A stretch of DNA of 64,000 nucleotides, taken from Sulfuricaulis sp. Lineage in GTDB: Bacteria > Pseudomonadota > Gammaproteobacteria > Acidiferrobacterales > Sulfurifustaceae. Numbering within the stretch: position 1 is the first letter of the stretch; each line of letters opens with the position of its first letter. The stretch spans positions 51,088 through 115,087 of the forward strand of contig NZ_JANLGY010000017.1 of the NCBI RefSeq assembly GCF_024653915.1. The letters are read 5' to 3'. Shown piece after piece: positions 22,728-33,951 of the stretch. The translations under genes were made by a program, and so were the position numbers. The notes beneath the pieces are model-generated. The model was not told the DNA's origin, made no database searches, and saw only the letters and a program-made list of their open reading frames with translations.

Positions 22728-24209
22728 ATGATGCTGGCCGAACATATCCTGAGTCTGGTGACATGGCTGCCGATCTTCGGCGGTATCGCGGTGCTTGCCA
22801 CCGGCAGTGATCGCAATGCCGATTACGCCCGCCAGCTGAGCCTCGTGATCGCTGTTCTGACTTTCATCGTTACACTGCCGCTGTATGCCAATTTCAACAG
22901 CGGCACGCATGCGATGCAGTTTGTCGAGGACCGTGCCTGGATCGAGGCTTTCAACATCCGTTATCGTCTGGGTATTGACGGCATCTCGCTGCTGCTGATC
23001 CTGTTGACGAGTTTCAGCACCGTGCTGGTCATTATTTCTGCCTGGAAGGTGATCGAGAAGAAGGTGGCGCAGTATTATGCCGCGTTCCTGATCATGGAAG
23101 GACTCATGATCGGCGTGTTCAGCGCGCTCGATGGCATCCTGTTCTACATTTTCTGGGAGGCCATGCTGGTCCCGATGTTCCTCATCATCGGCCTGTGGGG
23201 CGGGCCGAACCGCGTTTACGCCACCATCAAGTTTTTCCTTTATACCTTTCTCGGTTCGGTACTGATGCTGGTGGCCTTTATTTATCTTTACTATCAGGCC
23301 GGTAGTTTTGACATTCTCGCCTGGCACGGCGTTAAACTCGGGTCCACCCCTCAGATTCTCATCTTTCTCGCTTTCCTCACGGCCTTTGCCGTGAAGGTCC
23401 CGATGTGGCCGGTGCATACCTGGCTGCCGGATGCGCATGTTGAGGCGCCCACGGGAGGGTCCGTTATTCTGGCCGCGATCATGCTGAAAATGGGCGCCTA
23501 CGGTTTCCTGCGCTTCTCACTCCCCATCCTGCCGGACGCCTCGCATGAACTGGCGTGGCTCATGATCGCGCTCTCGCTCATCGCGATCGTGTACATCGGT
23601 CTGGTGGCACTGGTGCAGGAGGACATGAAAAAGCTGATTGCCTATTCATCTATTGCACACATGGGTTTTGTGACCCTGGGATTTTTCATATTCAACGTGC
23701 AGGGTATTGAGGGGGGTATCGTGCAGATGATCTCGCACGGTTTTGTTTCCGGCGCGCTGTTCCTGTGCGTGGGTGTTCTCTATGACCGTCTCCATTCACG
23801 CATGATCAAGGACTACGGCGGTGTCGCCAATCGCATGCCGGTGTTTGCCGCTTTCATGATGCTGTTCGCCATGGCCAACGCCGGTCTGCCCGGTACCTCC
23901 GGATTCGTGGGCGAGTTGCTGGTGATCCTGGGCGCGTTCCAGGCCAATGTCTGGTATGCCCTGGCCGCGGCCACGACGCTCGTGTTTGGCGCTGCCTACA
24001 CGCTGTGGATGTACAAGCGTGTAATTTTCGGGGCGGTTGCCAATGACAAGGTCGCCGCACTTACGGATGTCACTGCGCGCGAAATCGTGTTTCTCTCGCT
24101 ACTGGCCCTGGCCGTGCTGGTCATGGGGCTGTGGCCGTATCCGTTTCTCGATGTGATGCACGCGTCGGTGGATCACCTGTTGCAACAATCCATGACTTCA
24201 AAACTGTGA
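22728..24209 (+). CDS. nuoM: NADH-quinone oxidoreductase subunit M
   Basis: [11 protein letters not shown] and [23 protein letters not shown] motifs. Confidence 0.98.
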   Translation: MMLAEHILSLVTWLPIFGGIAVLATGSDRNADYARQLSLVIAVLTFIVTLPLYANFNSGTHAMQFVEDRAWIEAFNIRYRLGIDGISLLLILLTSFSTVLVIISAWKVIEKKVAQYYAAFLIMEGLMIGVFSALDGILFYIFWEAMLVPMFLIIGLWGGPNRVYATIKFFLYTFLGSVLMLVAFIYLYYQAGSFDILAWHGVKLGSTPQILIFLAFLTAFAVKVPMWPVHTWLPDAHVEAPTGGSVILAAIMLKMGAYGFLRFSLPILPDASHELAWLMIALSLIAIVYIGLVALVQEDMKKLIAYSSIAHMGFVTLGFFIFNVQGIEGGIVQMISHGFVSGALFLCVGVLYDRLHSRMIKDYGGVANRMPVFAAFMMLFAMANAGLPGTSGFVGELLVILGAFQANVWYALAAATTLVFGAAYTLWMYKRVIFGAVANDKVAALTDVTAREIVFLSLLALAVLVMGLWPYPFLDVMHASVDHLLQQSMTSKL

Positions 24210-24216
24210 TAGCCGG

Positions 24217-25662
24217 ATGAAATTCGTCACGCCCGATATGATGCCCGCCATGCCCGAGATCTTCGTGTTCTCGATGGCCTGCGCGATCCTGGTGATCGAC
24301 CTGTTCCTGTCGGATCGTGCGCGCGTCGTTTCCTACTGGCTCACGCAGGCGACGCTGGTCGGCGCAGTTCTGTTGACGTTGAAAGTGGCAGCCACCGCGC
24401 CAGTATTCACCTTCAGCGGCATGTTTGTCGCGGACCGGCTTGCCGATCTGCTGAAGTTGGGTACTTACGTCATTACTTTCTTTGTTTTTGCCTATTCGCG
24501 TGATTATCTGCGTGACCGCGGGATGCTGCGAGGAGAGTATTTCGTGCTTGGCTTGTTCGGGGTGGTGGGCATGATGGTCATGGCCTCGGCCAGCCATTTC
24601 CTGACGCTGTATCTGGGTCTCGAACTGCTGTCACTCTCGCTCTACGCCATGATCGCTTTCCAGCGCGATTCCGGCACCGCGACCGAGGCCGCGATGAAGT
24701 ATTTCGTTCTTGGCGCTATCGCCTCCGGCATGTTGCTCTACGGCATGTCCATGATCTACGGCGCGACCGGCAGCCTCGAAATCGCCGCGGTTTCCAAGGC
24801 CATCGGTATGATGTCCCCGGACAATATCATTCTCATTTTCGGCCTGGTATTCGTGATTTCCGGATTGGCTTTCAAGATCGGCGCGGTGCCGTTCCACATG
24901 TGGGTCCCGGACGTGTATCACGGCGCTCCCACGGCCGTGGCGCTGTACATCGGCACGGCCCCGAAACTCGCAGCCTTCGCGCTGTTCCTGCGCCTGCTGG
25001 TCAGCGGGCTCGAACCGCTCGCGGGTTCCTGGCAATCCATGCTCATGATCATTGCCGTATTGTCCATGGCCGTTGGCAACCTCATCGCCATCGCACAAAC
25101 TAACATCAAGCGCATGCTGGCGTATTCTTCGATCTCGCACATGGGTTTCTTCCTGCTCGGTATATTGAGCGCGGAGCCGAATGGTTACAGCTCTTCTCTG
25201 TTTTATATCCTGGTCTACGCCGTCATGAGCGCCGGTGCCTTCGGCATGATCATCTTGCTGTCGCGCACGGGTTTTGAGGCGGAACGACTCGAGGATTTCA
25301 AGGGGCTCAACCAGCGTAGCCCATGGCATGCGTTTCTAATGTTGTTGCTCATGCTGTCGATGGCCGGCGTGCCGCCGACCGTGGGTTTCTACGCCAAACT
25401 GCTCGTCATCCAGTCCGTCATCAAGATTGGCATGATTCCGCTGGCCGTGGCGGCGGTGCTGTTCGCCGTCATCGGGGCCTACTATTATCTGCGCGTTATC
25501 AAGCTCATGTATTTTGACGATGCCACGGAGAAGGCCCCGATTCGCGCGAGCGGGGATATGCAGGTGCTGATCGGCTTCAATGCGCTGTTGCTCATCGGCA
25601 TCATGCCGTGGGTGGGCGCCCTTATCGAGCTGTGCCGGCAGGCGATCAGGACCTTGGCGTGA
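24217..25662 (+). CDS. nuoN: NADH-quinone oxidoreductase subunit N
   Basis: [30 protein letters not shown] and [11 protein letters not shown] motifs. Confidence 0.98.
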   Translation: MKFVTPDMMPAMPEIFVFSMACAILVIDLFLSDRARVVSYWLTQATLVGAVLLTLKVAATAPVFTFSGMFVADRLADLLKLGTYVITFFVFAYSRDYLRDRGMLRGEYFVLGLFGVVGMMVMASASHFLTLYLGLELLSLSLYAMIAFQRDSGTATEAAMKYFVLGAIASGMLLYGMSMIYGATGSLEIAAVSKAIGMMSPDNIILIFGLVFVISGLAFKIGAVPFHMWVPDVYHGAPTAVALYIGTAPKLAAFALFLRLLVSGLEPLAGSWQSMLMIIAVLSMAVGNLIAIAQTNIKRMLAYSSISHMGFFLLGILSAEPNGYSSSLFYILVYAVMSAGAFGMIILLSRTGFEAERLEDFKGLNQRSPWHAFLMLLLMLSMAGVPPTVGFYAKLLVIQSVIKIGMIPLAVAAVLFAVIGAYYYLRVIKLMYFDDATEKAPIRASGDMQVLIGFNALLLIGIMPWVGALIELCRQAIRTLA

Positions 25663-25677
25663 ATGGAAGGATTGTGT

Positions 25678-25706
25678 AAAAAAAAGCCCCTTTCGGGGCT
25701 TTTTTT
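25678..25706. terminator. Bidirectional intrinsic terminator after nuoN
   Basis: A8-GCCCC-TTTC-GGGGC-T7 between convergent genes. Confidence 0.92.
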
Positions 25707-25732
25707 CTTAATTTGATATTAAAATCTGAAGA

Positions 25733-25972
25733 TTAAAAAGAGGGGTAAACTTTCATCTCGCTCAGAAACTTGTCCTCTGTCTGCACCATCACCTGTGCAG
25801 GCGTATTTGTTTCTTCCAGGGAGTGCTCCACAAAAATTTCCTGTTCTGAAATGACGGGTGGAGTAGCGTTGTCAGCCTGATTGACGTCGAGTCTTTCCTG
25901 CGCAGCGAGTGAATGCGTAAGGCTGGCGATTACGACGGCTGACGCGATGGCGGTAATATGATTCAGTTTCAT
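25733..25972 (-). CDS. Small secreted acidic protein, unknown function (79 aa)
   Basis: AAGGA RBS; Sec-type signal peptide MKLNHITAIASAVVIASLTHSLAA/QE; acidic mature part. Confidence 0.65.
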   Translation of the reverse strand: MKLNHITAIASAVVIASLTHSLAAQERLDVNQADNATPPVISEQEIFVEHSLEETNTPAQVMVQTEDKFLSEMKVYPSF

Positions 25973-26234
25973 GATTCCTTTCTTCCCTGTTGTTCGAAGT
26001 AAATTCCGCGCGGACTCTTGGATACCCTATTCCCTGCAAGCGCCACGAAACAGGGCTGGCAAGATGGGTGTGATGGTTTCGCTGACTGGCGGTCAGGTTC
26101 GGGACCGCAGATCGTCTGGCTCGGGGAGTTCAGCCGGTCCTTGGCTCGAAGAATACCACTGTACTATTTTTAGCATTAATTGCTGATTCTGTCCAAGCGA
26201 TCTGCACGTAATAGGCTAACCATCGCCTGATTTC

Positions 26235-27635
26235 TCAGGCGGGACCGGACGAACGCAAACGCCGGCGGGTGAATGCCAGCATGTCGAAGAAAAGCTCCCC
26301 CAGCGCGTTGAAGCGCACCACCCGCAGCATCAGTCCTGCCGGTGTGAGCTTGCGCACCTCACGCACCTCACGCAAGGCCGGCGCCAGCGTTAGTGCCACC
26401 ACGCCACGCGCCAGACTCGAGACCACCAGCACGCCCCACAGGCTGCTGGTCCAGTGCCAGGATTTACCGAATAGTACGAAGTTTTCCGGGACCATCAGAC
26501 TCAGGAAGCCGCCCAGCAAGGCGCCGGCAAAGATAGCAATACTGGTGAACACGTTATGTAACGCGCTATAGGCAGCGCGGCGCTCGGGATTCACGGAGTC
26601 ATAAAGATAGTTGCTCGCGCTCAAGCTGAAGCCGGCCCAGAAGAGGCCGCCGAACATTTGCAATACCACGACGTAGGCAAAATGCGGTGAAACCAGCCAC
26701 AGCAGGGGGAAGAACGGAATCACGTAACCGGTAACGGTCAATATCAGACGATTGCCGAAGATATCCCCGATCCGGCCCCACATGTGCAGGCTGCCGAACT
26801 GCGCCAAGACGGCCAGCGCCGTGGCTGACATGTACTGGAGGTAAGAGAAACCGAGATCGCGCAGCATGTATACGACGAAGAAAGGTGCGGCGATTGCCGC
26901 CGCGAACTGCATGGCGGCGTAGAAAAAGGTGAAGCGCGCGCAGTCGGACCCGCGCAGTCGCTGCCACAGATCCGGCAATGCCGGCCAGTCGATAGCGCTC
27001 GGCGCGTGTTCCGGATCGTGCATGCGTGCCAGCTGAGTGGCGGAGTAGAGCCGTGCCAGCGCCGCCAGGGTAAAGACCATCATGAAGCCGAAGCGCACGC
27101 GATCTGCTATCTCAAACCCATACAGCAGCAGACCGGCGCCCACCAGCGCCATAAAATTCATCATGCTCATAAGCCGGGTACGCCGCGCAAAGAAACGCCC
27201 GCGTCGTTTTTCGGGCACGAGATCGCCCATGAGGCTGTTCCATACCGGCGTGGCCAGGTGACCGCCGGTGAAATACAGCGCGACGCACACGATAAGGATG
27301 GTCACGGCATGCGCGGGGAAAAAATATGGCAGCCAGATGATCGGCAGCCACATGGCAGTTTGAAGCACCACGCCAAACAGGATGATGGACTTGCGCCGGC
27401 CGAGGCGACTCGCCAGCCAGGCCGAGAACAATTGCGCGAACGAGCCGAGCAGTGACGGGAAGGCCGCGAGCCATGAAATCTGCGCGGTCGTGGCCTTCAG
27501 GAACAGGGCGTAGGCAGAAAGGTAGTGCTCGCCGGCGCCGGCCATGACGGAATAAGCCACGCCGTCGCGAACCGAATGTCTCAACGACTGTTCGGTACGC
27601 GGGTCCTTGGAATAACGCGGGAAATTCACACTCAA
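26235..27635 (-). CDS. Major facilitator superfamily transporter
   Basis: About 12 hydrophobic segments; MFS motif-A-like SAWLASRLGRRK and WGRIGDIFGNR in the two halves; GTG start. Confidence 0.9.
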   Translation of the reverse strand: MSVNFPRYSKDPRTEQSLRHSVRDGVAYSVMAGAGEHYLSAYALFLKATTAQISWLAAFPSLLGSFAQLFSAWLASRLGRRKSIILFGVVLQTAMWLPIIWLPYFFPAHAVTILIVCVALYFTGGHLATPVWNSLMGDLVPEKRRGRFFARRTRLMSMMNFMALVGAGLLLYGFEIADRVRFGFMMVFTLAALARLYSATQLARMHDPEHAPSAIDWPALPDLWQRLRGSDCARFTFFYAAMQFAAAIAAPFFVVYMLRDLGFSYLQYMSATALAVLAQFGSLHMWGRIGDIFGNRLILTVTGYVIPFFPLLWLVSPHFAYVVVLQMFGGLFWAGFSLSASNYLYDSVNPERRAAYSALHNVFTSIAIFAGALLGGFLSLMVPENFVLFGKSWHWTSSLWGVLVVSSLARGVVALTLAPALREVREVRKLTPAGLMLRVVRFNALGELFFDMLAFTRRRLRSSGPA

Positions 27636-27848
27636 CAGCTCACAGCGGCAGATTCAGACCGTGTCTGCTTTACACGGGGTTTATGCTTTTTCAGTATAGA
27701 CGGCATTTTCGCGCCTGATGATTACCGGCCGCCCGGCCCGACGAGCTGACATGGATGACCGATCAGGTGCCATCTCGCCGGCGAGCGCGTTGCCGGGTTT
27801 CACCCTGACAACGTAGAATGGACCGCCTACCGCCCGGAAGAAATAATC

Positions 27849-28124
27849 ATGACGCAAATCCTCATTGAGCACGACCCGTCGCCCATGAAACTGGATATTA
27901 TCGGCGTTTATGAGTGGCCGATCTGGACCAAGGAGATTTCCAAGTTTCCCTGGACCTATGAACAGAATGAAACCTGTTACATTCTGGAAGGCGAGGTTAT
28001 CGTCACGCCCGATGGCGGCGAACCGGTTAAAATAGTGGAAAACGATTATGTTTCATTCCCGGCGGGCATGTCCTGTACCTGGGATATCCTGAGTCCGGTC
28101 AAGAAGCACTATAATTTCGGTTGA
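27849..28124 (+). CDS. Small cupin-domain protein (DUF861/EutQ-like)
   Basis: WTYEQNETCYILEGEVIVTPDGGE...FPAGMSCTWDI cupin motifs. Confidence 0.9.
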   Translation: MTQILIEHDPSPMKLDIIGVYEWPIWTKEISKFPWTYEQNETCYILEGEVIVTPDGGEPVKIVENDYVSFPAGMSCTWDILSPVKKHYNFG

Positions 28125-28148
28125 GTATTATAAAATAAAATGAATTCG

Positions 28149-28237
28149 AACCACGGGGGACACGGGGGAAGACATGAAAGTTAAGAATGACATTCCCGTT
28201 TTTCTGATACTTTTTACTCCCCGTGTTCCCCGTGGTT
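28149..28237. repeat. Inverted repeat with 9-nt-periodic arms (CACGGGGGA x2)
   Basis: aaccacgggggacacggggga (28149-28169) and tccccgtgttccccgtggtt (28218-28237). Confidence 0.9.
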
Positions 28238-28283
28238 TAAGCTTTAGGTTTTGATTTTGTTAGGTTTCTTAATTACCTGACCG

Positions 28284-29039
28284 ATGCAGGAAGTTACTCG
28301 CGATGTTCCCGCGCGCACCGAGGGCGAACTCCGTTTGCATGCCGCCATCCGTGCTTTATTGAGCCCCGGCATATGGTTTGTATTAACAGCGCAAATCGCC
28401 CTGTTGTTTGTCCTGCAATGGCGCGCACCGGCGGATGCCACGACGCTGGTCTCGACGCTGGCCGTATTCCTGACGGCCACGTCCTTGATGTTGTTCTTTT
28501 ATCTGCAGGCGGGTGCTTTTTATGCCTTGACGCTGCGGCGGGAGGCTTTGACGGTCGGAGAAATCATGCGTGCAGGCCAGACGGTATTTGCCAGCTTTGT
28601 GTGGCTGACGCTCAAGGCGGGCCTGCTGTTTGCCTTGGTTGTAAATGTTCTGGTGCTGGTGGCGTTGATGCTCACGGGCTCGGACTTCAAAAGTCTGTTG
28701 CAGGCGCTGTCAGCATTTTTTGGTCCCGCAACTGGCGTGCTGGCTTTCGTTTTCGTCTACTGGCTGCCTTATGTATTCGTGCATCGGGAATTCCGTCTGC
28801 TGCCCAGCCTCAAGGCATCGCTGCAGATCGCCTTGAAAAGACTGCCTCATTCTGTTTTTTTGGTACTGCTGGTGCTTATTCCTGCCGTGGCTATCGGATT
28901 CATTCCCGTGGAAAGCCCGGTTCTGGTCGACGTACTGACGAGTGCGGCTACCGGTATCATGGGCTGGATCGCCTATATCTATTGCACCGATATCCTGCGG
29001 CTGCCCCAGCAAGTCGCCCCCGGCAAAATACCTGTCTGA
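28284..29039 (+). CDS. Hypothetical integral membrane protein
   Basis: 251 aa with about six hydrophobic segments; host-like codon usage; no recognised motif. Confidence 0.75.
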   Translation: MQEVTRDVPARTEGELRLHAAIRALLSPGIWFVLTAQIALLFVLQWRAPADATTLVSTLAVFLTATSLMLFFYLQAGAFYALTLRREALTVGEIMRAGQTVFASFVWLTLKAGLLFALVVNVLVLVALMLTGSDFKSLLQALSAFFGPATGVLAFVFVYWLPYVFVHREFRLLPSLKASLQIALKRLPHSVFLVLLVLIPAVAIGFIPVESPVLVDVLTSAATGIMGWIAYIYCTDILRLPQQVAPGKIPV

Positions 29040-29108
29040 TAGTCATGGGCGATGGGATAAATACCTTCACAAAAACCCATTAGTAATCGGTTAAGTCCCT
29101 CTTTTTCC

Positions 29109-29137
29109 TTGAATTAGCCCGAGCCCGCCGTTAGACT
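29109..29137 (+). promoter_or_regulatory. Putative sigma70 promoter of tRNA-fMet
   Basis: TTGAAT-17 bp-TAGACT followed by a GC-rich discriminator, 11 nt before the tRNA. Confidence 0.65.
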
Positions 29138-29148
29138 TCGCGTCCTGC

Positions 29149-29225
29149 TGCGGGGTGGAGCAGTCTGGCAGCTCGTCGGGCTCATAACCCGAAGGTCGCA
29201 GGTTCAAATCCTGCCCCCGCTACCA
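29149..29225 (+). tRNA. Initiator tRNA-fMet(CAT)
   Basis: 77 nt; CAT anticodon; three consecutive G-C pairs in the anticodon stem (TCGGG/CCCGA); unpaired 1:72 position (T:T); CCA end; metY-like position before rimP. Confidence 0.98.
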
Positions 29226-29232
29226 AACTCCA

Positions 29233-29259
29233 AAGGCCCTTCAAGGGCCTTATTGTTTT
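29233..29259 (+). terminator. Terminator after tRNA-fMet
   Basis: AAGGCCCT-TCA-AGGGCCTT followed by ATTGTTTT. Confidence 0.65.
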
Positions 29260-29339
29260 GGATTTCTGGCCACTTTCCGATTGTCGGGGAAGTGCTTATA
29301 ATTCAGCCGGGTTTCAGCCGTTTCAAGAGTAAGTATAAG

Positions 29340-29367
29340 AAGTGGGCCGCGTGCCCACTTTTGTTTT
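29340..29367 (+). promoter_or_regulatory. Terminator-like hairpin in the rimP-nusA leader
   Basis: AAGTGGGC-CGCGT-GCCCACTT-TTGTTTT, downstream of a perfect TATAAT (29297-29302). A leader terminator before rimP-nusA is consistent with known NusA autoregulation. Confidence 0.65.
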
Positions 29368-29383
29368 ATGGGGTCGGAAATTT

Positions 29384-29839
29384 ATGCAGGGTGCACGGGC
29401 GGATTTGCGAAAGCTGCTTGAGCCCGGTGTTAGCGCCCTGGGCTTTGAGTTGGTGGACGTGGAGATGGCCGGTAGCCACCACTACACCACGCTGCGGGTG
29501 TATATAGACAGTCCCCGGGGCGTAAACGTGGACGATTGCGCCAGAGTCAGCCGGCAACTGTCGGCGCTGCTGGATGTTGAGGACCCGCTGCCGGGGCAAT
29601 ACACCTTGGAGGTGTCATCGCCCGGCCTGGATCGGCCGCTGGTCAAACCGGAGGACTTCAAGCGGTTCGTGGGTGAAACGATCAAGGTGAAGATGCATGT
29701 GCCGTTGCAGGGGCGCAAGAACTTCTCCGGCAAACTGGTGGACGTGGCAGCGGACCATGTCGTGGTGGAAGTGGACAAAGAGATTTTTAACCTGGCGTTC
29801 GATGCCATGGAGCGGGCACGGTTGGTGCCCCGGTTTTGA
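29384..29839 (+). CDS. rimP: Ribosome maturation factor RimP
   Basis: LRVYIDSPRGVNVDDCARVSR and YTLEVSSPGLDRPL motifs. Confidence 0.98.
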   Translation: MQGARADLRKLLEPGVSALGFELVDVEMAGSHHYTTLRVYIDSPRGVNVDDCARVSRQLSALLDVEDPLPGQYTLEVSSPGLDRPLVKPEDFKRFVGETIKVKMHVPLQGRKNFSGKLVDVAADHVVVEVDKEIFNLAFDAMERARLVPRF

Positions 29840-29867
29840 ACGGCGGGTGTGACGGGAGATAGCGATT

Positions 29868-31370
29868 ATGATGGGCAATGAAGTACTGGTTATTGTAGAG
29901 GCGGTGTCGCGCGAAAAAGGCGTCAGCAAGGAAATCATTTTCCAGGCGCTCGAAGCCGCGCTGGCCACCGCCACGCGCAAGCGCCACAAGGGCGACATCG
30001 ACGCACGCGTTGCAATTCATCGCAACACCGGAACCTACGACACCTTCCGTCGCTGGGAGATTCTCCCGGACGAAACCGAAGTGGTGGAATTCCCGGACCG
30101 CCAGTACAAGCTGACCGAGGCCCGTGCGATGAAGCCGGAAATCCAGGTTGGCGAGTTCATCGAAGAACCGCTGGAGCAGGTCGAGTTCGGACGTATCGCG
30201 GCGCAGGCAGCCAAGCAGGTGATCATGCAGAAGGTGCGCGAGGCCGAGCGCGAGCAGATCGTCAACCTCTATAAGGACCGCCAGGGCGAAATGGTCACCG
30301 GGGTAGTCAAGCGCCTGGAACGCGGCGATGTTATCGTGGACCTGGGTAACGCCGAAGCCTTGCTTTCCAAGAGCACCATGATCCCTCGCGAGGGTCTGCG
30401 GCCGGGTGATCGCATCCGCGCGTTGCTGGAAGACGTCAAATCCGTTCCGCGTGGCCCGCAGCTGTTCCTGTCACGTGTGGCGCCCAGGCTGCTCATTGAA
30501 TTGTTCAAACTCGAAGTCCCGGAAGCCGGAGAGGGCTTGATCACCATCCATGGCGCGGCGCGCGATTCCGGCCTGCGCGCCAAGATCGCCGTGAGTTCCT
30601 CCGATCCACGTATCGACCCTATTGGCGCGTGCGTGGGCATGCGTGGTTCGCGTGTGCAGAGCGTGTCAAACGAACTCGCGGGTGAACGTGTCGATATCAT
30701 TCACTGGTCGGAGAATCCGGCGCAGTATGTTATTAACTCGCTCGCGCCCGCTGAAGTGCAGTCCATCGTGGTGGACGAAGAATCGCACAGCATGGACGTT
30801 ATCGTGGACGAAAAGCAGCTTTCCCAGTCCATCGGCCGCAGCGGCCAGAATGTGCGCCTGGCGTCTGAGCTCACCGGCTGGGAACTCAACATCATGACGG
30901 CGGAATCGGCCCAGGAAAAAGGCACCCAGGAAGCGGCCAATGCCATCAAGCTGTTCATGGAACAGCTGGACATGGACGAGAACGTCGCCACGGTGCTGGT
31001 GCAAGAAGGTTTCTCCAGCTTGGATGAAGTGGCCTACGTGCCGAAGCAGGAACTGCTCGCCATTGAGGAATTCGACGATGACCTGGTGGATGCCATCCGC
31101 GACCGCGCACGCGATCTGCTGCTGACCCGTGCCATCGCGCAGGAAGAAAAGATCAGTCTGGCCGAACCAGCCAAGGATCTGTTGGAGATGCAGGGCATGG
31201 ACGAAAACACCGCGCACCTGCTGGCGGCTCGTGGCATCAAAACCATGGAAGAGCTGGCGGAGCAGGCGGTGGATGACTTGCTCGAAGTTGAAGGCATGAC
31301 CCAGGAGCGCGCCAGCGAGTTAATCATGACGGCGCGCGCGCCATGGTTCGAGGACAAGCAGGCGGGCTAG
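29868..31370 (+). CDS. nusA: Transcription termination/antitermination factor NusA
   Basis: EFGRIAAQAAKQVI, S1 and KH domains (DPIGACVGMRGSRVQ; IGRSGQNVRLAS) and C-terminal acidic repeats. Confidence 0.99.
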   Translation: MMGNEVLVIVEAVSREKGVSKEIIFQALEAALATATRKRHKGDIDARVAIHRNTGTYDTFRRWEILPDETEVVEFPDRQYKLTEARAMKPEIQVGEFIEEPLEQVEFGRIAAQAAKQVIMQKVREAEREQIVNLYKDRQGEMVTGVVKRLERGDVIVDLGNAEALLSKSTMIPREGLRPGDRIRALLEDVKSVPRGPQLFLSRVAPRLLIELFKLEVPEAGEGLITIHGAARDSGLRAKIAVSSSDPRIDPIGACVGMRGSRVQSVSNELAGERVDIIHWSENPAQYVINSLAPAEVQSIVVDEESHSMDVIVDEKQLSQSIGRSGQNVRLASELTGWELNIMTAESAQEKGTQEAANAIKLFMEQLDMDENVATVLVQEGFSSLDEVAYVPKQELLAIEEFDDDLVDAIRDRARDLLLTRAIAQEEKISLAEPAKDLLEMQGMDENTAHLLAARGIKTMEELAEQAVDDLLEVEGMTQERASELIMTARAPWFEDKQAG

Positions 31371-31391
31371 TTGCCCCGCTTCCGGGAGTTT

Positions 31392-33845
31392 ATGACACAA
31401 ATTACTATCAAAGGCTTCGCAGACCAGATCGGCATCCCGCCGGAGACGCTGCTGCGCCAGCTCGATGCCGCCGGCATTGATGCCAAAGGCCCGGATGACG
31501 CGCTCACGGAAGACGAGAAGGCGAAGCTGTTTCATTATCTGCGCGCCAGTCACGGCGCAGACGATGAGGGTGCGGCCAAGAAAAAAATCACGCTCAAGCG
31601 CAAGTCCACCAGTCAGGTAGTGCAAAGCACGCGCACCGGCGCTACCCGCACGGTGCAGGTCGAGGTGCGCAAGAAACGCACCTTCATCAAGCGCACCACT
31701 GCCGAGGAATCTCCTGCGCTGGAGGAAGAGGCGCCGGTCGAGGACTTGGTTGAGGAGGCTGCCGCTGCGGCGATTACCTCAGAAACCCCTGTGCAGGAAC
31801 CGGTTAAGGCCGAGGCGGTCCCGGCCCCCAAGGCGGAGATTCCCGCCGCGCCGAAGATCGCGGTAGCAGCCCCGGTGGCCAAACACGCGCCGGCGCCGGC
31901 AAAAGAGGTAAAGAAACCGCACAAAAGCAAAAAGGAACGACTGGCGAAACTTGAAGAGCGTGAACGCGGCGAACTGCATCTCGCGGCCGGCAAGAAAGTT
32001 CGGCGCAAGGTCAGAATCGTCGCCAACAAGCCTGTCGTTACCAGCGCCACCGGTCAACACGGTTTTGAAAGGCCCACCGCACCGATCGTGCATGAGGTGG
32101 CGCTGCCGGAAACTGTTACGGTCGCTGAACTCGCTCAGAAGATGTCCATCAAGTCGGTCGAGGTCATCAAGGCGCTGATGCAGATGGGCACCATGGTCAC
32201 GATCAATCAGGTGCTCGATCGCGATACGGCCACGCTCGTGGTCGAGGAAATGGGCCATGTTGTCACGGAGGCCAAAGCGACCGATCCCGAGTCCCTGCTG
32301 GCCGGCTCCGGGGCTGATGCCGCCGTCAATGCTGAGCCGCGCCCGCCTGTCGTTACCGTCATGGGTCACGTTGACCATGGTAAGACCTCGTTGCTCGACC
32401 ATATCCGCAAGGCCAAGGTGGCCTCGGGTGAGGCCGGCGGCATTACCCAACACATCGGTGCTTATCACGTGGAAACGCCCAAGGGCGTCGTCACATTCCT
32501 GGACACGCCCGGCCACGAAGCCTTTACCGCCATGCGCGCCCGCGGCGCCAAGGCCACCGATATCGTCATTCTGGTGGTAGCGGCCGATGACGGCGTCATG
32601 CCGCAGACGATTGAGGCGGTGCATCACGCGCGCAATGCCAAGGTGCCGATCGTGGTCGCGGTGAACAAGATCGACAAACCCGAGGCGCAGCCCGATCGTG
32701 TGCGTCAGGAACTCACCAAACACGAAGTCGTTGCCGAGGAATGGGGTGGCAGCGATATTTTCGTGAACGTCTCCGCCAAGACCGGCGAAGGCATCGACAA
32801 GCTGCTCGAATCCGTATTGCTGACGGCCGAGGTGCTGGAGCTGAAAGCCCCCAAGACCGGCCCTGTCGCGGGTCTGGTGGTGGAGGCACGCCTCGACAAG
32901 GGGCGCGGTCCGGTGGCCACGGTGCTGGTACAGCGCGGCACGCTGCGCAAAGGCGACGTGATCCTCGCCGGGCGTGAGTACGGGCGCGTGCGCGCCATGT
33001 TCGACGAGAAAGGTCGGCAGATTAAAGAGGCCGGCCCCTCCATCCCGGTTGAAGTCCAGGGCCTTTCCGGCGTGCCAAGCGCCGGCGAAGAAGTCATGAC
33101 GGTCGAATCCGAGCGCAAGGCGCGTGAGATCGCGCTTTTCCGCCAGGGCAAATTCAAGGACGTGCAGCTCGCGCGTCAGCAGGCGGCGAAGCTGACCGAT
33201 GTATTCGAACAGCTGAAAGCGGACGAAGAAGCCAAGACCCTGAATCTCATCATCAAGGCCGACGTGCAGGGTTCCATCGAGGCGCTCACGGTCGCGCTCG
33301 AGAAGATTTCCACGGCCGAAGTGAAGGTCAAGGTGGTGCACGGCATGGTCGGCGGCATCACCGAGTCGGACGTGAACCTGGCGGTGGCGTCGAACGCCGT
33401 CATCATCGGATTCAACGTGCGTGCCGACAGCACGGCGCGCAAGCTGATCGAGCATCAGGGCGTAGACGTGCATTACTACAACGTCATCTATAGCGCGGTG
33501 GAAGAGGTCAAGGCCGCCATGAGCGGGATGCTCAGCCCGCAGATCAAGGAACAGATGCTGGGTCTGGCCGAAGTGCGCGATGTATTCCGCTCACCCAAGA
33601 TGGGTGCCGTTGCCGGCTGCTACGTGATCGAAGGAGTGGTAAAACGCAACCGCCCGATCCGCGTGCTGCGTGACAACGTGGTGGTTTTCGAAGGCGAGCT
33701 CGAATCGCTGCGCCGCTTCAAGGACGACGCCGGTGAAGTGAAGGCCGGGCTCGAATGCGGCATTGCCGTGAAGAATTACAATGACGTGAAGGCCGGTGAC
33801 CAGATCGAGGTCTTCGAACGGGTCGAGGTCGCCCGCACCCTGTAG
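31392..33845 (+). CDS. infB: Translation initiation factor IF-2
   Basis: [22 protein letters not shown] and NKID G-domain motifs. Confidence 0.99.
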   Translation: MTQITIKGFADQIGIPPETLLRQLDAAGIDAKGPDDALTEDEKAKLFHYLRASHGADDEGAAKKKITLKRKSTSQVVQSTRTGATRTVQVEVRKKRTFIKRTTAEESPALEEEAPVEDLVEEAAAAAITSETPVQEPVKAEAVPAPKAEIPAAPKIAVAAPVAKHAPAPAKEVKKPHKSKKERLAKLEERERGELHLAAGKKVRRKVRIVANKPVVTSATGQHGFERPTAPIVHEVALPETVTVAELAQKMSIKSVEVIKALMQMGTMVTINQVLDRDTATLVVEEMGHVVTEAKATDPESLLAGSGADAAVNAEPRPPVVTVMGHVDHGKTSLLDHIRKAKVASGEAGGITQHIGAYHVETPKGVVTFLDTPGHEAFTAMRARGAKATDIVILVVAADDGVMPQTIEAVHHARNAKVPIVVAVNKIDKPEAQPDRVRQELTKHEVVAEEWGGSDIFVNVSAKTGEGIDKLLESVLLTAEVLELKAPKTGPVAGLVVEARLDKGRGPVATVLVQRGTLRKGDVILAGREYGRVRAMFDEKGRQIKEAGPSIPVEVQGLSGVPSAGEEVMTVESERKAREIALFRQGKFKDVQLARQQAAKLTDVFEQLKADEEAKTLNLIIKADVQGSIEALTVALEKISTAEVKVKVVHGMVGGITESDVNLAVASNAVIIGFNVRADSTARKLIEHQGVDVHYYNVIYSAVEEVKAAMSGMLSPQIKEQMLGLAEVRDVFRSPKMGAVAGCYVIEGVVKRNRPIRVLRDNVVVFEGELESLRRFKDDAGEVKAGLECGIAVKNYNDVKAGDQIEVFERVEVARTL

Positions 33846-33849
33846 AATT

Positions 33850-33942
33850 AATAGACAGGATTTACAAGATTAACAGGATTACGGCTGGGCACGTTTTCTT
33901 TTAATCCTGTAAATCCTGTAAATCCTGTTAATCCTGTCCATT
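33850..33942. repeat. Inverted repeat with 9-nt-periodic arms (ACAGGATTW; 3 + 4 units)
   Basis: aatagacaggatttacaagattaacaggatta (33850-33881) and aatcctgtaaatcctgtaaatcctgttaatcctgtccatt (33903-33942). Confidence 0.93.
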
Positions 33943-33951
33943 TCCGTTCTT

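Noticed and set aside
27636-27848. Riboswitch upstream of the MFS transporter
   Set aside because: No recognisable aptamer consensus or terminator on the minus strand; an Infernal scan would be needed to exclude it fully.
29149-29225. T1:T72 rather than C1:A72 in tRNA-fMet as a novelty
   Set aside because: A 1:72 mismatch is the identity feature and is preserved; this is ordinary variation.
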